Of a stretch of DNA of 64,000 nt, positions 36,315 through 47,139 are shown in pieces. The number at the start of each line of letters is the position of its first letter. Position 1 is the stretch's first letter. The DNA lies in the IMG/VR virus record IMGVR_UViG_3300024268_000027. The stretch is one strand, 5' to 3'. A program made the position numbers and the translations under genes. Under the pieces are notes generated by a model. It did no database searches. It was not told the DNA's origin and was given only the letters and a program-made list of their open reading frames with translations. The stretch comes from an uncultured virus (IMG/VR IMGVR_UViG_3300024268_000027) (Duplodnaviria; Heunggongvirae; Uroviricota; Caudoviricetes).

Positions 36315-36869
36315 TCAAGAAAGCACTCTCTTTACAAGTCTACGGAAGTAAATCCAGTCTCTGTGATCAAAATCTTCAACTGCTCGTGTTTCAAAATGAA
36401 TACTTAGATTTGCAAGAACAGTGTTGATAACAATCCAGTTATCGGGATGCATTGCAAGTTTATTCTTATTCTTGTTGCCCCACCATTCCCATTCAGCTTG
36501 AAATGTAAACGAGTCCTTCATGTAAGCTTTTCCAGCCGCAAGATAATCACAAATCATTTCCTTTACATATTTATCAGGCATCTTCAAGGGCTCCCCGCCC
36601 TTATCAAAATTATCTTGCCAGTACTCATAATGATGTGGATTTCTACCTTTATGGTGCAACCAAGCCCTGCTGTAGCCGTTCTGTTCTTTACAAACATCGA
36701 TAGGACTACGAGTTCCTGTATAGTACTTGATGCTTTCCATGAACTCGGTAGGACTAAACTTTGACATATCGTGCCAAAAACCTTGCCATCCTATTCCAAG
36801 TTTTCTAGCAAAGAAAAACACCCATTTCTTATGAGTTAGAATTGTTTTCAAATGTTTCAATGCAATCAT
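36315..36869 (-). CDS. DUF5662-like HD-superfamily protein
   Basis: HK, HDMSKF, WLHHKGRNPHHYEYW, MP...EMICD. Confidence 0.8.
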   Translation of the reverse strand: MIALKHLKTILTHKKWVFFFARKLGIGWQGFWHDMSKFSPTEFMESIKYYTGTRSPIDVCKEQNGYSRAWLHHKGRNPHHYEYWQDNFDKGGEPLKMPDKYVKEMICDYLAAGKAYMKDSFTFQAEWEWWGNKNKNKLAMHPDNWIVINTVLANLSIHFETRAVEDFDHRDWIYFRRLVKRVLS

Positions 36870-36891
36870 GAGTTCTCCTTCTTACAAACAA

Positions 36892-36942
36892 ACAAGACTC
36901 GAGTTTACAAACTGAAATAGATCATTTGTTCTCGAGTCTTGT
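36892..36942 (-). terminator. long imperfect hairpin, possible terminator
   Basis: CAAGACTCGAG...CTCGAGTCTTG followed by UUUGUUUG on the minus strand. Confidence 0.5.
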
Positions 36943-36988
36943 AATCATGTTATTCTACATCCTTGAAGTTATCTGTGAATTATTTATC

Positions 36989-37444
36989 TTAGAATCTAAA
37001 CAACGGGAAAAAGCTCTGCATATCTGCAACTGCTCTTGCAAACTCATCAGCTGCTCTTGTTCCTGTGTAAGTTGTAGTATATGCACCATAAGCTTCATTG
37101 AACTTACGAATTGCATCATATCTTGCCTGCTGAGCATCTTTGAGCTGTTTCTTTGCAGGCTCAACAATAGAGTCAATCTCTGCAAGATATTTCTTTGACA
37201 ACTCCTGAGCCTTCTGATTCGCAAGTCTCAGATTAGCCTGAGCTTCATTGACTGCTTCCTCTGCCTTCTCAACATTTGCTGCCAACTGCTTCTTTGTAGG
37301 AACTTTGTTAACCGGAGCATCCTTTTCAGCCTTTGCCATACGAATATCATTCTTGTTTGTTTCTTTGACAAACTTACGCTCCGCATCTTGAAGCTGCTTT
37401 TCGGTATCATAGATTTCTTTTGTTAGTTCGCTATAAAATTTCAT
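36989..37444 (-). CDS. coiled-coil phage protein
   Basis: MKFYSE..K..YDTEK.L..AE; Ala/Lys/Glu-rich. Confidence 0.75.
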   Translation of the reverse strand: MKFYSELTKEIYDTEKQLQDAERKFVKETNKNDIRMAKAEKDAPVNKVPTKKQLAANVEKAEEAVNEAQANLRLANQKAQELSKKYLAEIDSIVEPAKKQLKDAQQARYDAIRKFNEAYGAYTTTYTGTRAADEFARAVADMQSFFPLFRF

Positions 37445-37522
37445 CTGTTTCTCCTTACCCCTTACTCGACGGCAAGAGGACTTATAAAAATTTATTTCTT
37501 ACTTGCATAGTTGCAAGATAAG

Positions 37523-38830
37523 TTACTTAAGTACAATTCTATAGATACAGTCACAAACATTATCTTCTGTTGCAATAATCATTGTTTGTGAAGGATCACT
37601 TGTAAGTCTCAACTTTTCTGCATAACTATCCACACCCATCAAAGAACCATTTGACACAACAACTGATTGATGTTGTTCATCTGCAGCGAAATGATGGCGA
37701 TGAGCTGTGCACAACATATCATAGTGTTTATGAGTCATCAAGCTCAATTTCTCAAGTGCGTCTGTAGGACGATCATTATCCCCATGCACACCGATAATGT
37801 CATGCCCCAAAACATTACATGTAATGATGTCAGCACTAAACTCATTGTTACAGATTGTAACTCTTGAGTTCTTTGCTAACCTAGATTTCAAATACCAGGG
37901 AATGATGCGAACCATTGACTCAAGATCAATTGACTCTTTCTTATTAGGTTCAAGTCTACTGTGATTATCTAAACAGTCATAATATTTAACATCACATTTT
38001 GCAGTTAAAGCATTTAGAAAATCAGCCAAGATTTCTGAAACTTCCATTGTTTGAGTAACAACATCAAATCTGCTCTCAATTCGGATCTGTGAATGAATTC
38101 TTCCTGCAATAAGATCTGAAAGATTCAAAACATGTACTGTATCCAACTGATGTTCAGTAATGATGCGCTGAACTTTATTCAACAGCATCGCAACCCTGGC
38201 TTCACAAACTTCGGGATTAAACATATTCCAGTAGTTATTACACTCAATGCCGTAATGCCAGTCACTCAGTAAGATGATTCCTTCCTTCTTTACGGAGGGG
38301 AGATTCTTCCAAGGCTCACGAACCATGAGCGGTAGACGCTTCGCCTTTGCCATAACTTGAGCATAGTTATATGCAATTTCTTTGATGTTCTCTTCACGAG
38401 CAAGTCGTTTAACATAACGAGCATTTTCTGCACGCTCATCAGCTATTGTAACACGCAGCTTTCTAAGAGCATCAGTTTTATTATCAATTCGTGCCTCTTG
38501 ATCATCGAGATCAGCTTTGATCAGCATCATACATTCAGTTAGATGCTCACATGAAGTACAATCTCCGTTGCACTCCTCGTCGGAACTTGTAGTTATTGTA
38601 CTTGAGCTTACTTGCTCTTCTGTTACTTGTTTAGCAAAATTTCCGTCATGAAAATTTTTACGATACCATGATTCACTATAACTTATATTTAATTTTCCAT
38701 TCAGATAATTAGTAAGTGCTTCCCAAGACATTTTGTTAATATCTTTAGTTGCACAAATTCTCTGAATGTATTCACTCTGTGTTTCGTTATCTTGTTTTTC
38801 AAGATTACTGTCGTATGCGATTAAACTCAT
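37523..38830 (-). CDS. metallophosphoesterase/nuclease-like protein
   Basis: SDWHYG, DLIAG.IH, DNHSR, HGD, AHRHH. Confidence 0.78.
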   Translation of the reverse strand: MSLIAYDSNLEKQDNETQSEYIQRICATKDINKMSWEALTNYLNGKLNISYSESWYRKNFHDGNFAKQVTEEQVSSSTITTSSDEECNGDCTSCEHLTECMMLIKADLDDQEARIDNKTDALRKLRVTIADERAENARYVKRLAREENIKEIAYNYAQVMAKAKRLPLMVREPWKNLPSVKKEGIILLSDWHYGIECNNYWNMFNPEVCEARVAMLLNKVQRIITEHQLDTVHVLNLSDLIAGRIHSQIRIESRFDVVTQTMEVSEILADFLNALTAKCDVKYYDCLDNHSRLEPNKKESIDLESMVRIIPWYLKSRLAKNSRVTICNNEFSADIITCNVLGHDIIGVHGDNDRPTDALEKLSLMTHKHYDMLCTAHRHHFAADEQHQSVVVSNGSLMGVDSYAEKLRLTSDPSQTMIIATEDNVCDCIYRIVLK

Positions 38831-38834
38831 CTGT

Positions 38835-39371
38835 TTATGTTGTCTCCTTTGAGTTATCTACAACTGACTCTAATTCATCAATTGCAGTTTCAGCGACTGC
38901 TTCTATAGGAACATCAGTAACTGGAGCAGCTTGTGCGTTTTTCATAACAGCCTGAACTGCTGCAAGAATTCGTTCCTTCGCGTCTCTATCAAAAGAATCG
39001 ACAACATTTACATTTATCTGAGTGTTATGTTGTTGTACAATTGTTGGAGGTTCTTCCATCTGCACAAGATTCTTTGTAGAGGTATCAATCGCTCCTTGAA
39101 CAGCCTTCATGTAATCCAACAAATCAGAATTAGTAAATTGATCAGATCTTGTTCTAAATCTTGTTACCATCTGCTCTGTTACATCATCATATAAGCCATT
39201 CAATTTCAAGATTCGGGATGTATTCTTTTTTGAGAGATTCCAGTTAAACAATGCAATCAGTTGCTTTGCCTTATCTGGATCAGTCTCTTCAAGAATCTTC
39301 ATAGCCAGACTATTTGTTTCTTGATCAATAGAAGAAGTGTCAACTAATGTTGTATTCTCGTTATCTGTCAT
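38835..39371 (-). CDS. hypothetical protein
   Basis: 178 aa; QQHNTQINVN segment. Confidence 0.7.
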   Translation of the reverse strand: MTDNENTTLVDTSSIDQETNSLAMKILEETDPDKAKQLIALFNWNLSKKNTSRILKLNGLYDDVTEQMVTRFRTRSDQFTNSDLLDYMKAVQGAIDTSTKNLVQMEEPPTIVQQHNTQINVNVVDSFDRDAKERILAAVQAVMKNAQAAPVTDVPIEAVAETAIDELESVVDNSKETT

Positions 39372-39694
39372 AGTAGATTCTTATATGTAGCATCAAGTCG
39401 TTCTTTCAATGAAGTCTCTACCTGCATAATCAAGGGACTTTTATTTGTTAAAACGGTTGTTGCTACCGATTCCTCCAGCTTTTTTGAGGGAATAAATTTA
39501 TATTTAACATTGTCACCCTCACAATTGATATACAAGATACCAACCCCAATATCAATCTTTGTTAATGATTCTTTTTCACGAATTCCTTCAAAAACCGAAT
39601 GACAGATGCAAGATACAGCTTTATCCACCAAATTGTCAAGAGTTCTTTGTGGAATTGTTGTAATTGTTGAGAGGTCTTCAATGAGTTTATTCAT
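39368..39694 (-). CDS. hypothetical protein
   Basis: 108 aa ORF, coupled to neighbours. Confidence 0.7.
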   Translation of the reverse strand: MNKLIEDLSTITTIPQRTLDNLVDKAVSCICHSVFEGIREKESLTKIDIGVGILYINCEGDNVKYKFIPSKKLEESVATTVLTNKSPLIMQVETSLKERLDATYKNLL

Positions 39695-39894
39695 AGTAGT
39701 CTATTCATCTTCTTCATAACATTCAATTCATTTCGTCTTTTAAGATAACCAATACTTGCGTCTAATTCTTCCTCATATGTATTGAAAGATTTTACAAGTC
39801 TAGAATTGATGTGTTGCAAAAGAAGATCTTCCTTGTCGGAGTGTTTATAATGAGAAAGCTCTTTTAGAGCCATTCTGCAAAAGTTAGATATCAT
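39691..39894 (-). CDS. hypothetical protein
   Basis: 67 aa ORF, coupled to neighbours. Confidence 0.6.
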   Translation of the reverse strand: MISNFCRMALKELSHYKHSDKEDLLLQHINSRLVKSFNTYEEELDASIGYLKRRNELNVMKKMNRLL

Positions 39895-40267
39895 TTCTTG
39901 CTCTCGCAGTTAGATCATAGTTTGATAAGGTATCACGAATTTTACTGTAAGCTTGTTTTACAGACTTCAGCTCAACAGCGTCAGATAAGCTGGATAAAAC
40001 ATCTTCCAGTCGTTTACCTTCGATGTTCACTTGTTGATACACCGATAACCCGTAGATCATTTCTTCCAGCTCTTCAATTGTTGGGATGCGAATTGTGGAT
40101 CCACCATAATACTCACATAGTTTTAACATGTTTTTTCTATCAAGTATGTATGATAGCTCACTGATGCTTGAGTACTCTGGAATATCCTTCAGTTTGAATA
40201 ATGCAAATAGCAACAAACTCCAGAGATCAGGCTCTTTCAACTTTTGTAATTCTTCTTTTATTGTCAT
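39884..40267 (-). CDS. hypothetical protein, possibly DNA-binding (Mor-like L...YGG..IRIP)
   Basis: Likely start MTIKEE overlapping the upstream stop; KLCEYYGGSTIRIP. Confidence 0.6.
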   Translation of the reverse strand: MTIKEELQKLKEPDLWSLLLFALFKLKDIPEYSSISELSYILDRKNMLKLCEYYGGSTIRIPTIEELEEMIYGLSVYQQVNIEGKRLEDVLSSLSDAVELKSVKQAYSKIRDTLSNYDLTARARNDI

Positions 40268-41088
40268 TTTGATTCCATTGTTGTACAGATTAAACTCTTC
40301 ATTGAAGCATCTGGGGGAATGTAGCATTCACTCTTCCAACTCAGCTCTGCAGCAATAACATGACGAAGTTCATTAACAAGAACCCGAATATAGTTTGCCA
40401 TTGAGTCTGGTAAGTGATACAAGATGGGATCTTTGTACCTCATATCCTGATACGCTTGATCTAGAAACGCATCCTTGTTAATGCGTTGAGCGGACTCATA
40501 CCTGGCTAATGTTTGTCTTGATAATGTTACTGAGTCCAGCAAAGTTAACATACAGCTAAGATATATGTTATCCCATTCTGAGCTGTTCTTACGAATCGGG
40601 ATTCTACGAAGGTGAGATTTAACAATTTGAGCAATAGAATCTAACGCAAGGCTGAATTCAATCTTATCAAAAAGACTTGCAGATTCAACCATGTGAGAAC
40701 CAAGATCAAATGTTCCTGTAGGTATAATATCAATATCTTTAGTCTCACTCTTGATTTCTACTTCAAAGTCAACTTTGTAAGGATACAATATTTTCTTGAT
40801 GTAGTTGAGGATACTTTTGATCTGATTCATTTTTGGTTTGTTAGACTCATCATATTCATATTGTTTAACATTCATCAAGCGTTGAAACAATCTGGATGCC
40901 GAGTACAACGAAAATTGATCATACTCCTGTGCAGTTCTAAACAATGAATGCTGACCTGCTAACATATGAGACAGATGATACAGATATTGATACAGAAGCC
41001 CCTCATCTAAGTTATCTTGATAAACATGTTCGTCAATCCAGATAGCCATTTCAGTATATGTCATTCCATCCGGAAAATCATAAGTCAT
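40264..41088 (-). CDS. hypothetical protein
   Basis: 274 aa, predominantly helical-looking ORF. Confidence 0.75.
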   Translation of the reverse strand: MTYDFPDGMTYTEMAIWIDEHVYQDNLDEGLLYQYLYHLSHMLAGQHSLFRTAQEYDQFSLYSASRLFQRLMNVKQYEYDESNKPKMNQIKSILNYIKKILYPYKVDFEVEIKSETKDIDIIPTGTFDLGSHMVESASLFDKIEFSLALDSIAQIVKSHLRRIPIRKNSSEWDNIYLSCMLTLLDSVTLSRQTLARYESAQRINKDAFLDQAYQDMRYKDPILYHLPDSMANYIRVLVNELRHVIAAELSWKSECYIPPDASMKSLICTTMESK

Positions 41089-41089
41089 T

Positions 41090-42952
41090 TTATCGTAACT
41101 CGCTTATACCAGTTGAGGATTTAACAACAGTTATCTCTTTATCACAAGGAATAGATAGATCCTTTCGATGTGTAACAATGAAAATGTTCTTGATATCACT
41201 CAAAGAAGATATAACATCCAGAACCTTTTGACAACCAGTCATATCAAGCGCATCAAACACCTCATCAAGAACAAGAATATTACTTGTAAATCCAAGATGG
41301 TTACAGAGCATGTCTCTGATTGAGAATTGAACAATGAGGTCAATTTTTTGCTTTTCACCACCAGAAAGATTTTCGTAGGACTTGTTCATGTAGGAAATCT
41401 CGATGTTATTTCCATCCAAACAGAAATCAATCTTGTCTGTCTCAAAGATTATCATTGAGTATTCTTTTGCTCGTGCAGCAATGTACTCAATGACAGTTGA
41501 TAGTAGGTATCCACGGAAGTCACGCTTCAGCGCGGTATCAAACTTGTTTACCACATCCAGTCGAGACTGTTGTAAATCCTTCTCAGTATTGTTATACAAT
41601 GAGTCACGATTCAACTCCTGAATCTGAGCCTGATTTTCGTTTATAATCGACGAAAGCGAGTTAATAGTAGATTCTAGCTCTTGTAGCTGCATCACAGCAA
41701 CATCATAATTTGACTTAGCTGTATTGAACAGCATTTCTGTTGATTTCAATTCAGCTTGTTTCTCAGACTTCTGAGTTCTAAGATTCGCTTCCTGTTTAGA
41801 TATAACAGCAGAACTACTTCTGTAATCATTATCGATTGAATCCAACTTTGATTTCAATTCAGCTCTTGTTGCATCAAGTGCTGCTTGAATACTGTTGAAA
41901 TCTATTGTTGCTTGTTCTAACTGTTGTTTTAACGAAGTTGTATCTGGTTTAACAACATCGGGAAGTTTTTGTCCACATGTAGGACATATATCTTGAATAT
42001 TTTCAAGTTTACGAATTTCAGTTTGTAATGTTTGTACTGAATTCCGAGCTGCCCAGAGCTTGTTTGTCTGCTCTTCAATTGTGCTTTGATACTCACTATT
42101 AACAGCTGTAATGTTACTTGTGTTGGCATTAGTAAGTTCCAGCAATCTGGCTGTTTGTTGTGATAGCTCTGAATCAAGCTTCTCAATAACTGTTTTACAC
42201 ACATCTATGATCAGCTGTTGCTTTTCCATTTCCGTGGAATGGTACGAAACAGCTAATTCTAGTTTTTCTTTATCCAGAGAATCAAGGTACAGAGTATTTT
42301 TACTAATCTGCTCTTGAAGAACTGTAATTTTACTTTCTATTGCAATAAGAGCGTCTTTATGTTGACGAATAAGTTTTGTAAGTTCATCTTTTCTCTTAGC
42401 TACTCGAGACTTGAGGTCTTCAATCATAAAGTCAGATTTTGACAACTTCTCGAGTACTTCTTTTCTTCCAGATGGGCTGTTATTTGTAAACTTCTGTGGC
42501 AACCCCTGACCAAGAATAATAACTGATCCGAGGAGGGATGCGGTAATATCTGGTAGATATTGAGCAAGAAGCTTTTCAGAATCACGAATGCCCTTGCCAC
42601 TGCAATCCTTGCCATCTACAACAATTTTCAATCCAGTTTTATAAACTTTGTGATCTTTTGATCTTGTCAATACATAGTTAACTGAATCAATGTTAAAATC
42701 AAGTTCAACATAAGTTCCATCATCTCCGTAGATGTTACTTACTTGTTTGGTTCCTCGGATTGTGTCTCCTGTTAACGCCCAAACAATACCCTCCCAGATA
42801 CTTGACTTACCACTACCATTACTTGTGGCAAGATCTTCAACATTTTCATTCACTCCCGAAACTTTGATAAAACCATCATCACCAAATGTTAATTCAGAGT
42901 GACCAAAGCTGATAAAATTATGTAAAACTAATCTACGAAAATCAATATGCAT
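41090..42952 (-). CDS. sbcC: SbcC/Rad50/gp46-like ATPase
   Basis: NGSGKSS, coiled coil with CPTCGQ zinc hook, LSGGE, LVLDE, VTH. Confidence 0.92.
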   Translation of the reverse strand: MHIDFRRLVLHNFISFGHSELTFGDDGFIKVSGVNENVEDLATSNGSGKSSIWEGIVWALTGDTIRGTKQVSNIYGDDGTYVELDFNIDSVNYVLTRSKDHKVYKTGLKIVVDGKDCSGKGIRDSEKLLAQYLPDITASLLGSVIILGQGLPQKFTNNSPSGRKEVLEKLSKSDFMIEDLKSRVAKRKDELTKLIRQHKDALIAIESKITVLQEQISKNTLYLDSLDKEKLELAVSYHSTEMEKQQLIIDVCKTVIEKLDSELSQQTARLLELTNANTSNITAVNSEYQSTIEEQTNKLWAARNSVQTLQTEIRKLENIQDICPTCGQKLPDVVKPDTTSLKQQLEQATIDFNSIQAALDATRAELKSKLDSIDNDYRSSSAVISKQEANLRTQKSEKQAELKSTEMLFNTAKSNYDVAVMQLQELESTINSLSSIINENQAQIQELNRDSLYNNTEKDLQQSRLDVVNKFDTALKRDFRGYLLSTVIEYIAARAKEYSMIIFETDKIDFCLDGNNIEISYMNKSYENLSGGEKQKIDLIVQFSIRDMLCNHLGFTSNILVLDEVFDALDMTGCQKVLDVISSLSDIKNIFIVTHRKDLSIPCDKEITVVKSSTGISELR

Positions 42953-42955
42953 AGA

Positions 42956-44014
42956 TCACCTCATAACATTCATAAGTTCTTCTTTAACAACATCACTTGT
43001 TCCAATATTGGCAAGAACATAGTTTTCAAACTGTTTCAAATGATCAACAGCTTCTAGCACGGGGGCAGATACATCAACAGTTCCTGCTTCATGCTCTGTA
43101 ATCACTCGATACTCTCTAACATGCTCCTTAGACACATTAGACAAGTAATCTTTTACAAGTGCACCAAGACATGATCTGACAGTGATAGTAATAACAGCGT
43201 TATCCTTCAAATCGGAGATAACAGGAATAATTTCCTCTATAGTACTATATTTTCTGCAATCAAGTTTGTAGAAATTGAACGCATAAGGATTCCTAAAGAA
43301 ATCAACATGTAATGTATCAGTATCAATTACTTGAGCACAATGATCAAACTTGAAAGCGTCTTCTGTGAAGTTTTGTCCTGTTAGATTGCCGCCGTTGATA
43401 ATTTTTTGTGAAACATAACCGCAATGATGGATGTGTCCGTTAACACATAGATCGCAGTTATCCTCAATCTCTTCAACTGTAAATCCTTCTGTTGATAGAA
43501 ATGCACCATACTGAACATTCTTGAGATCATTGTGACTGAAGATAATTCTTTTACCGTGAGGTTTATCGAAATATTCATTCAGAGGTTTACGATCTCGTTC
43601 CAGGATATATGGCAAGAAACAGAACTCGATATTAGCGCCTTCAATATCATAATGTTGAGGAGTATTCATAACAACTGAGTTCGGACAAAGATTGAACAAA
43701 TCAGCAGTGCTGAATTCAAGTGATCCAACATTTGTTTCGTGATTACCAGATAGAAATAGATGAGAGATTGGTGCCCACTTGATATTCTTCAATGCACTCA
43801 TTTCCTCACTGTTAACAACAGAAGAGTCAAAGAAATCACCTCCACAGATAACTACTTGACATCCTGTATTCCAAGCAAGTTCTTCGACCCAGTTAACTGA
43901 GTTAATCAAGTTTTCAAGTCTTGTACTATAAACGCTCCCCCGACTTCTAATAATTGAGGAATATTGAGACCAGTGTGGGTCAGTATAGTATAGAATTTTC
44001 AAAATTGTCCTCAC
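42956..44014 (-). CDS. sbcD: SbcD/Mre11/gp47-like nuclease
   Basis: DPH, GDFFD, GNHE, SHND, GHIH; adjacent to sbcC. Confidence 0.88.
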   Translation of the reverse strand: MRTILKILYYTDPHWSQYSSIIRSRGSVYSTRLENLINSVNWVEELAWNTGCQVVICGGDFFDSSVVNSEEMSALKNIKWAPISHLFLSGNHETNVGSLEFSTADLFNLCPNSVVMNTPQHYDIEGANIEFCFLPYILERDRKPLNEYFDKPHGKRIIFSHNDLKNVQYGAFLSTEGFTVEEIEDNCDLCVNGHIHHCGYVSQKIINGGNLTGQNFTEDAFKFDHCAQVIDTDTLHVDFFRNPYAFNFYKLDCRKYSTIEEIIPVISDLKDNAVITITVRSCLGALVKDYLSNVSKEHVREYRVITEHEAGTVDVSAPVLEAVDHLKQFENYVLANIGTSDVVKEELMNVMR

Positions 44015-44928
44015 ATACTTAAAATCTTTATGATTATGTAATCAATGAGTGTATCAGCTGGTAACTCACCAATTTTAACTCTTCGATCAATATCCAGCAG
44101 AAACTCATAGATATTAACAAGTTGTTGAGGAGTGTACACTCTTGGAATTTTCTTTATTGCATACAGCTGTTTACCATCTAGCCCTGTTGATTCAGGTGTG
44201 GGGTTAGCTGTTGTTTGAACCATCAAGATATTTCTAAAGTTCTTTACAAGAATAGTTAACAAACCAAATTCGTTGATATCAACTCTATCAAGTTCTCTAT
44301 AGATACTTTTCAGAGCCATTACATCTCTGGATGTTATTGCATTCGTGAAATTGAAGATGTTATATGAGCTAAGATCATCAACTGCTCCATCACGAATCAG
44401 ATCATTGAACACATACTTTCGCTCGTCAACTCCAAACAAGGCTAACTTATCAAGCTCCATCTGAAGTCTACTGATGTTAGTTCCGCAAAGACTTATCAAC
44501 CAATCGAGGTCCTTGTGAGCAACGCCCTCAGTTGTGGAATAGACATAGTCTTTCAACATCCAATCCTCAATCTTAGGAACATTTACAATCCAGCGTTCAA
44601 ACATCTTTTCAACTGATTTATCCTGAAATTTAGATACAACAATTATCAGATCTTTAACAGCTGAAATCTTAACATTATCCCAAACAAAAACAGGAGCCTT
44701 AACAACTCTTAGTGTGTCTACAACCGGTTCTTCTCCACCAAAAATAGACCAAGCATCCTGCAATAGATCAAGAGGAGATTCTATGTATTCAATCTCTTGT
44801 TTTCTAATTGTTGATATCGCTTTTATGTATTGATTGGAGATAAAATTATTTTCTGTATCTTTGAAGATAATTAGATCATGAGGAACATTTTTAGTTTCAA
44901 TGTAAGATTTCAACTCTTGAATTGTCAT
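44011..44928 (-). CDS. holA: clamp loader delta subunit-like
   Basis: L..ELDKL.L, NIFNFTNAI, D..VK.G; follows dnaX and holB. Confidence 0.75.
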   Translation of the reverse strand: MTIQELKSYIETKNVPHDLIIFKDTENNFISNQYIKAISTIRKQEIEYIESPLDLLQDAWSIFGGEEPVVDTLRVVKAPVFVWDNVKISAVKDLIIVVSKFQDKSVEKMFERWIVNVPKIEDWMLKDYVYSTTEGVAHKDLDWLISLCGTNISRLQMELDKLALFGVDERKYVFNDLIRDGAVDDLSSYNIFNFTNAITSRDVMALKSIYRELDRVDINEFGLLTILVKNFRNILMVQTTANPTPESTGLDGKQLYAIKKIPRVYTPQQLVNIYEFLLDIDRRVKIGELPADTLIDYIIIKILSM

Positions 44929-45737
44929 ACTGTTCCTTTCATGATAGATCTGAGTTCAATCAAGAATCGTTCAAACAAAGATTTGTAATCTAAATTCTTG
45001 ATTCTCAGATTCTTCTGTAATTCATTTGTTAATGTGTACGCTTGAACTAATCGTATATCTGAGTTAGTTCTACACTTACTCATAATTCTTGATAACAAGA
45101 CATCAACAAACAACTTAACATCGGGACGGTCAGGATCGTTCTTAAATCCAACTTTCCCGCTAAGAGACAAAGTATTCGCAATACTTGCCACAGATATCTT
45201 ATCAAGTATCTTATCAGCAAGATCAATGATTTCGGTAAAATCAATCTTACTAAGTTCTATTACTTGCCCAGGAGTTTGAGCAATTTCCAGAATGTAAGGA
45301 TTTCCATCACCGACAAACCTACTTAAAAATTCTTTTCTATAATTCTGTAGATACCATATCTGGCATCTATTCAGAATTGTTTGTAGAATACCAAGATCAG
45401 TTTCTGCAATAAGTACAATGAATGAGTTCTTTAGTGGCTCTTCCAGAAATTTAAGAATAGTATTTTCTTCTTTAACGGAAATTTCGTTGATTCTGATTAC
45501 ATACAGATAAGGCTCTACCCGATTATACAGTTCCTCAATTGTTTCTAAATCAAGTTGATCAGTTAAATCAACTGTTGATAGATTAAACTTACTTGAAATG
45601 TAATCACAGATCATGTGCTTTCCGGATCCCCTTGCACCAACCAGCATCAATGATCTTGGAAAATCGTCAATTGTGGAACTATCTATAAATCCACAAATCT
45701 TTTCTTGACCAGTGACCACAATTGCCTCCTTATGCAC
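44925..45737 (-). CDS. holB: clamp loader delta-prime subunit-like
   Basis: GQE, GARGSGK, N.ILKFLEEP, L.TI.NRCQ. Confidence 0.8.
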   Translation of the reverse strand: MHKEAIVVTGQEKICGFIDSSTIDDFPRSLMLVGARGSGKHMICDYISSKFNLSTVDLTDQLDLETIEELYNRVEPYLYVIRINEISVKEENTILKFLEEPLKNSFIVLIAETDLGILQTILNRCQIWYLQNYRKEFLSRFVGDGNPYILEIAQTPGQVIELSKIDFTEIIDLADKILDKISVASIANTLSLSGKVGFKNDPDRPDVKLFVDVLLSRIMSKCRTNSDIRLVQAYTLTNELQKNLRIKNLDYKSLFERFLIELRSIMKGTV

Positions 45738-46749
45738 ATCTTGTTATCTGTAATAGTAGTATCTCAATAGTAGATCTAGGGCTATTGTCGTTCTTCAGCA
45801 TATTCTTCAAAACAAGAAGTTTATCAATAACATAACTGTAATACTTTGAAGCATTATCAAAGTTTGTGGCTCCACGAAGCTTATCTTCCATACTTGATGG
45901 AATCCTCGTTGCATCACAAGAATTGAATAGTGAATACTTTGTAACATCCATACAGAAATTCAGGAACTGATCAACAAAGAGTTTCAAGTCGTTTCCATCG
46001 TCATAGAAATCAGAGATAAGTTTTAGAACTGGTGCTTCTGATCCGTCAATCATGTAGTTGATCAGATCAAAGAATGTGTCATATGAATAGTTGCCTAAAC
46101 TAGTTAACACATTGTTGATATTGAGATCGGTGCTATAACCTGTACACTTATCAAGATAGCTGATGGCTGCTCTCATACCACCGTCACTGATTTTAGCAAT
46201 GTAATCAATTGATTCTTCGAAATTTGTAAACCCTTCTTGTCTACAGATATACGCAAGCCTATCACGAATAACATTAACAGGAATTCTGTTGAATGTATAT
46301 CTCTGAACTCTGTTTTTGATAGTTTCAGGAATCTTCTGAGGATCAGTTGTGCAGAAGATGAAGATTGTGTATGTTGGGGGCTCCTCAATACACTTTAAGA
46401 ATGCTTGCCAAGCTTGAGAGGTCAAACTATGACACTCATCAATAATGTAGATCTTGTACTTACTATCAATACTTCTTTCCTGTGCGGAACGAATAATGTT
46501 CTTTACATTATCTACTCCATTGTTAGAAGCTGCATCAATTTCAATCGGGGATCCTACACCACCATTGATTTCATTTGCAAAAATTCTTGCACAAGTAGTC
46601 TTACCGCAGCCACTTGCTCCTTGAAACAAGTAGCTGTTCTTAAACTCACCTGTTGCAATCTGTCTTTCTAGAATTTTAACAATAGACGCCTGACTACAAA
46701 CATCCTCAAACTGTCGAGGACGATATTTGACGCTCAATGCTTCAGCCAT
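45730..46749 (-). CDS. dnaX: clamp loader gamma/tau subunit
   Basis: KYRPRQFEDV, GCGKTT.ARIFA, EIDAASNNGVD, IIDECH, LK.IEEPP, GGMR. Confidence 0.93.
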   Translation of the reverse strand: MAEALSVKYRPRQFEDVCSQASIVKILERQIATGEFKNSYLFQGASGCGKTTCARIFANEINGGVGSPIEIDAASNNGVDNVKNIIRSAQERSIDSKYKIYIIDECHSLTSQAWQAFLKCIEEPPTYTIFIFCTTDPQKIPETIKNRVQRYTFNRIPVNVIRDRLAYICRQEGFTNFEESIDYIAKISDGGMRAAISYLDKCTGYSTDLNINNVLTSLGNYSYDTFFDLINYMIDGSEAPVLKLISDFYDDGNDLKLFVDQFLNFCMDVTKYSLFNSCDATRIPSSMEDKLRGATNFDNASKYYSYVIDKLLVLKNMLKNDNSPRSTIEILLLQITRCA

Positions 46750-46758
46750 CTAGTCACC

Positions 46759-47139
46759 TCACTTCAATTCTTTAATCAACTTGATACCTTGTTGCGGAAC
46801 CCATCCTTCCCAGATATCAAGCGTGTCAGTATCTGTAGCCAAATCATAACCGCAACCGCAGATACGAACCATCTTTCCAACAACTTTGGAAATTTCTGCT
46901 TTGTAATATTTGTGTTTTGGAATACTACCGTTGTTCCAGTTGTCTGCTAATGTAAAATCAGGGGGAGGATTTAAGATGTAATCCTCAAGAGCCATCAAGT
47001 AACACTTGTTAACTTGATAGGGGGATACCTCATTTTCAGACCCTTTAACAATATGTACTATAGTCATATCATCAGACAGAACAGGAACATTAGCAACCCT
47101 GCAGTTTTCTAACTGCTGTCGAATGATTGGATTCATCAT
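46759..47139 (-). CDS. hypothetical protein
   Basis: 126 aa ORF. Confidence 0.7.
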   Translation of the reverse strand: MMNPIIRQQLENCRVANVPVLSDDMTIVHIVKGSENEVSPYQVNKCYLMALEDYILNPPPDFTLADNWNNGSIPKHKYYKAEISKVVGKMVRICGCGYDLATDTDTLDIWEGWVPQQGIKLIKELK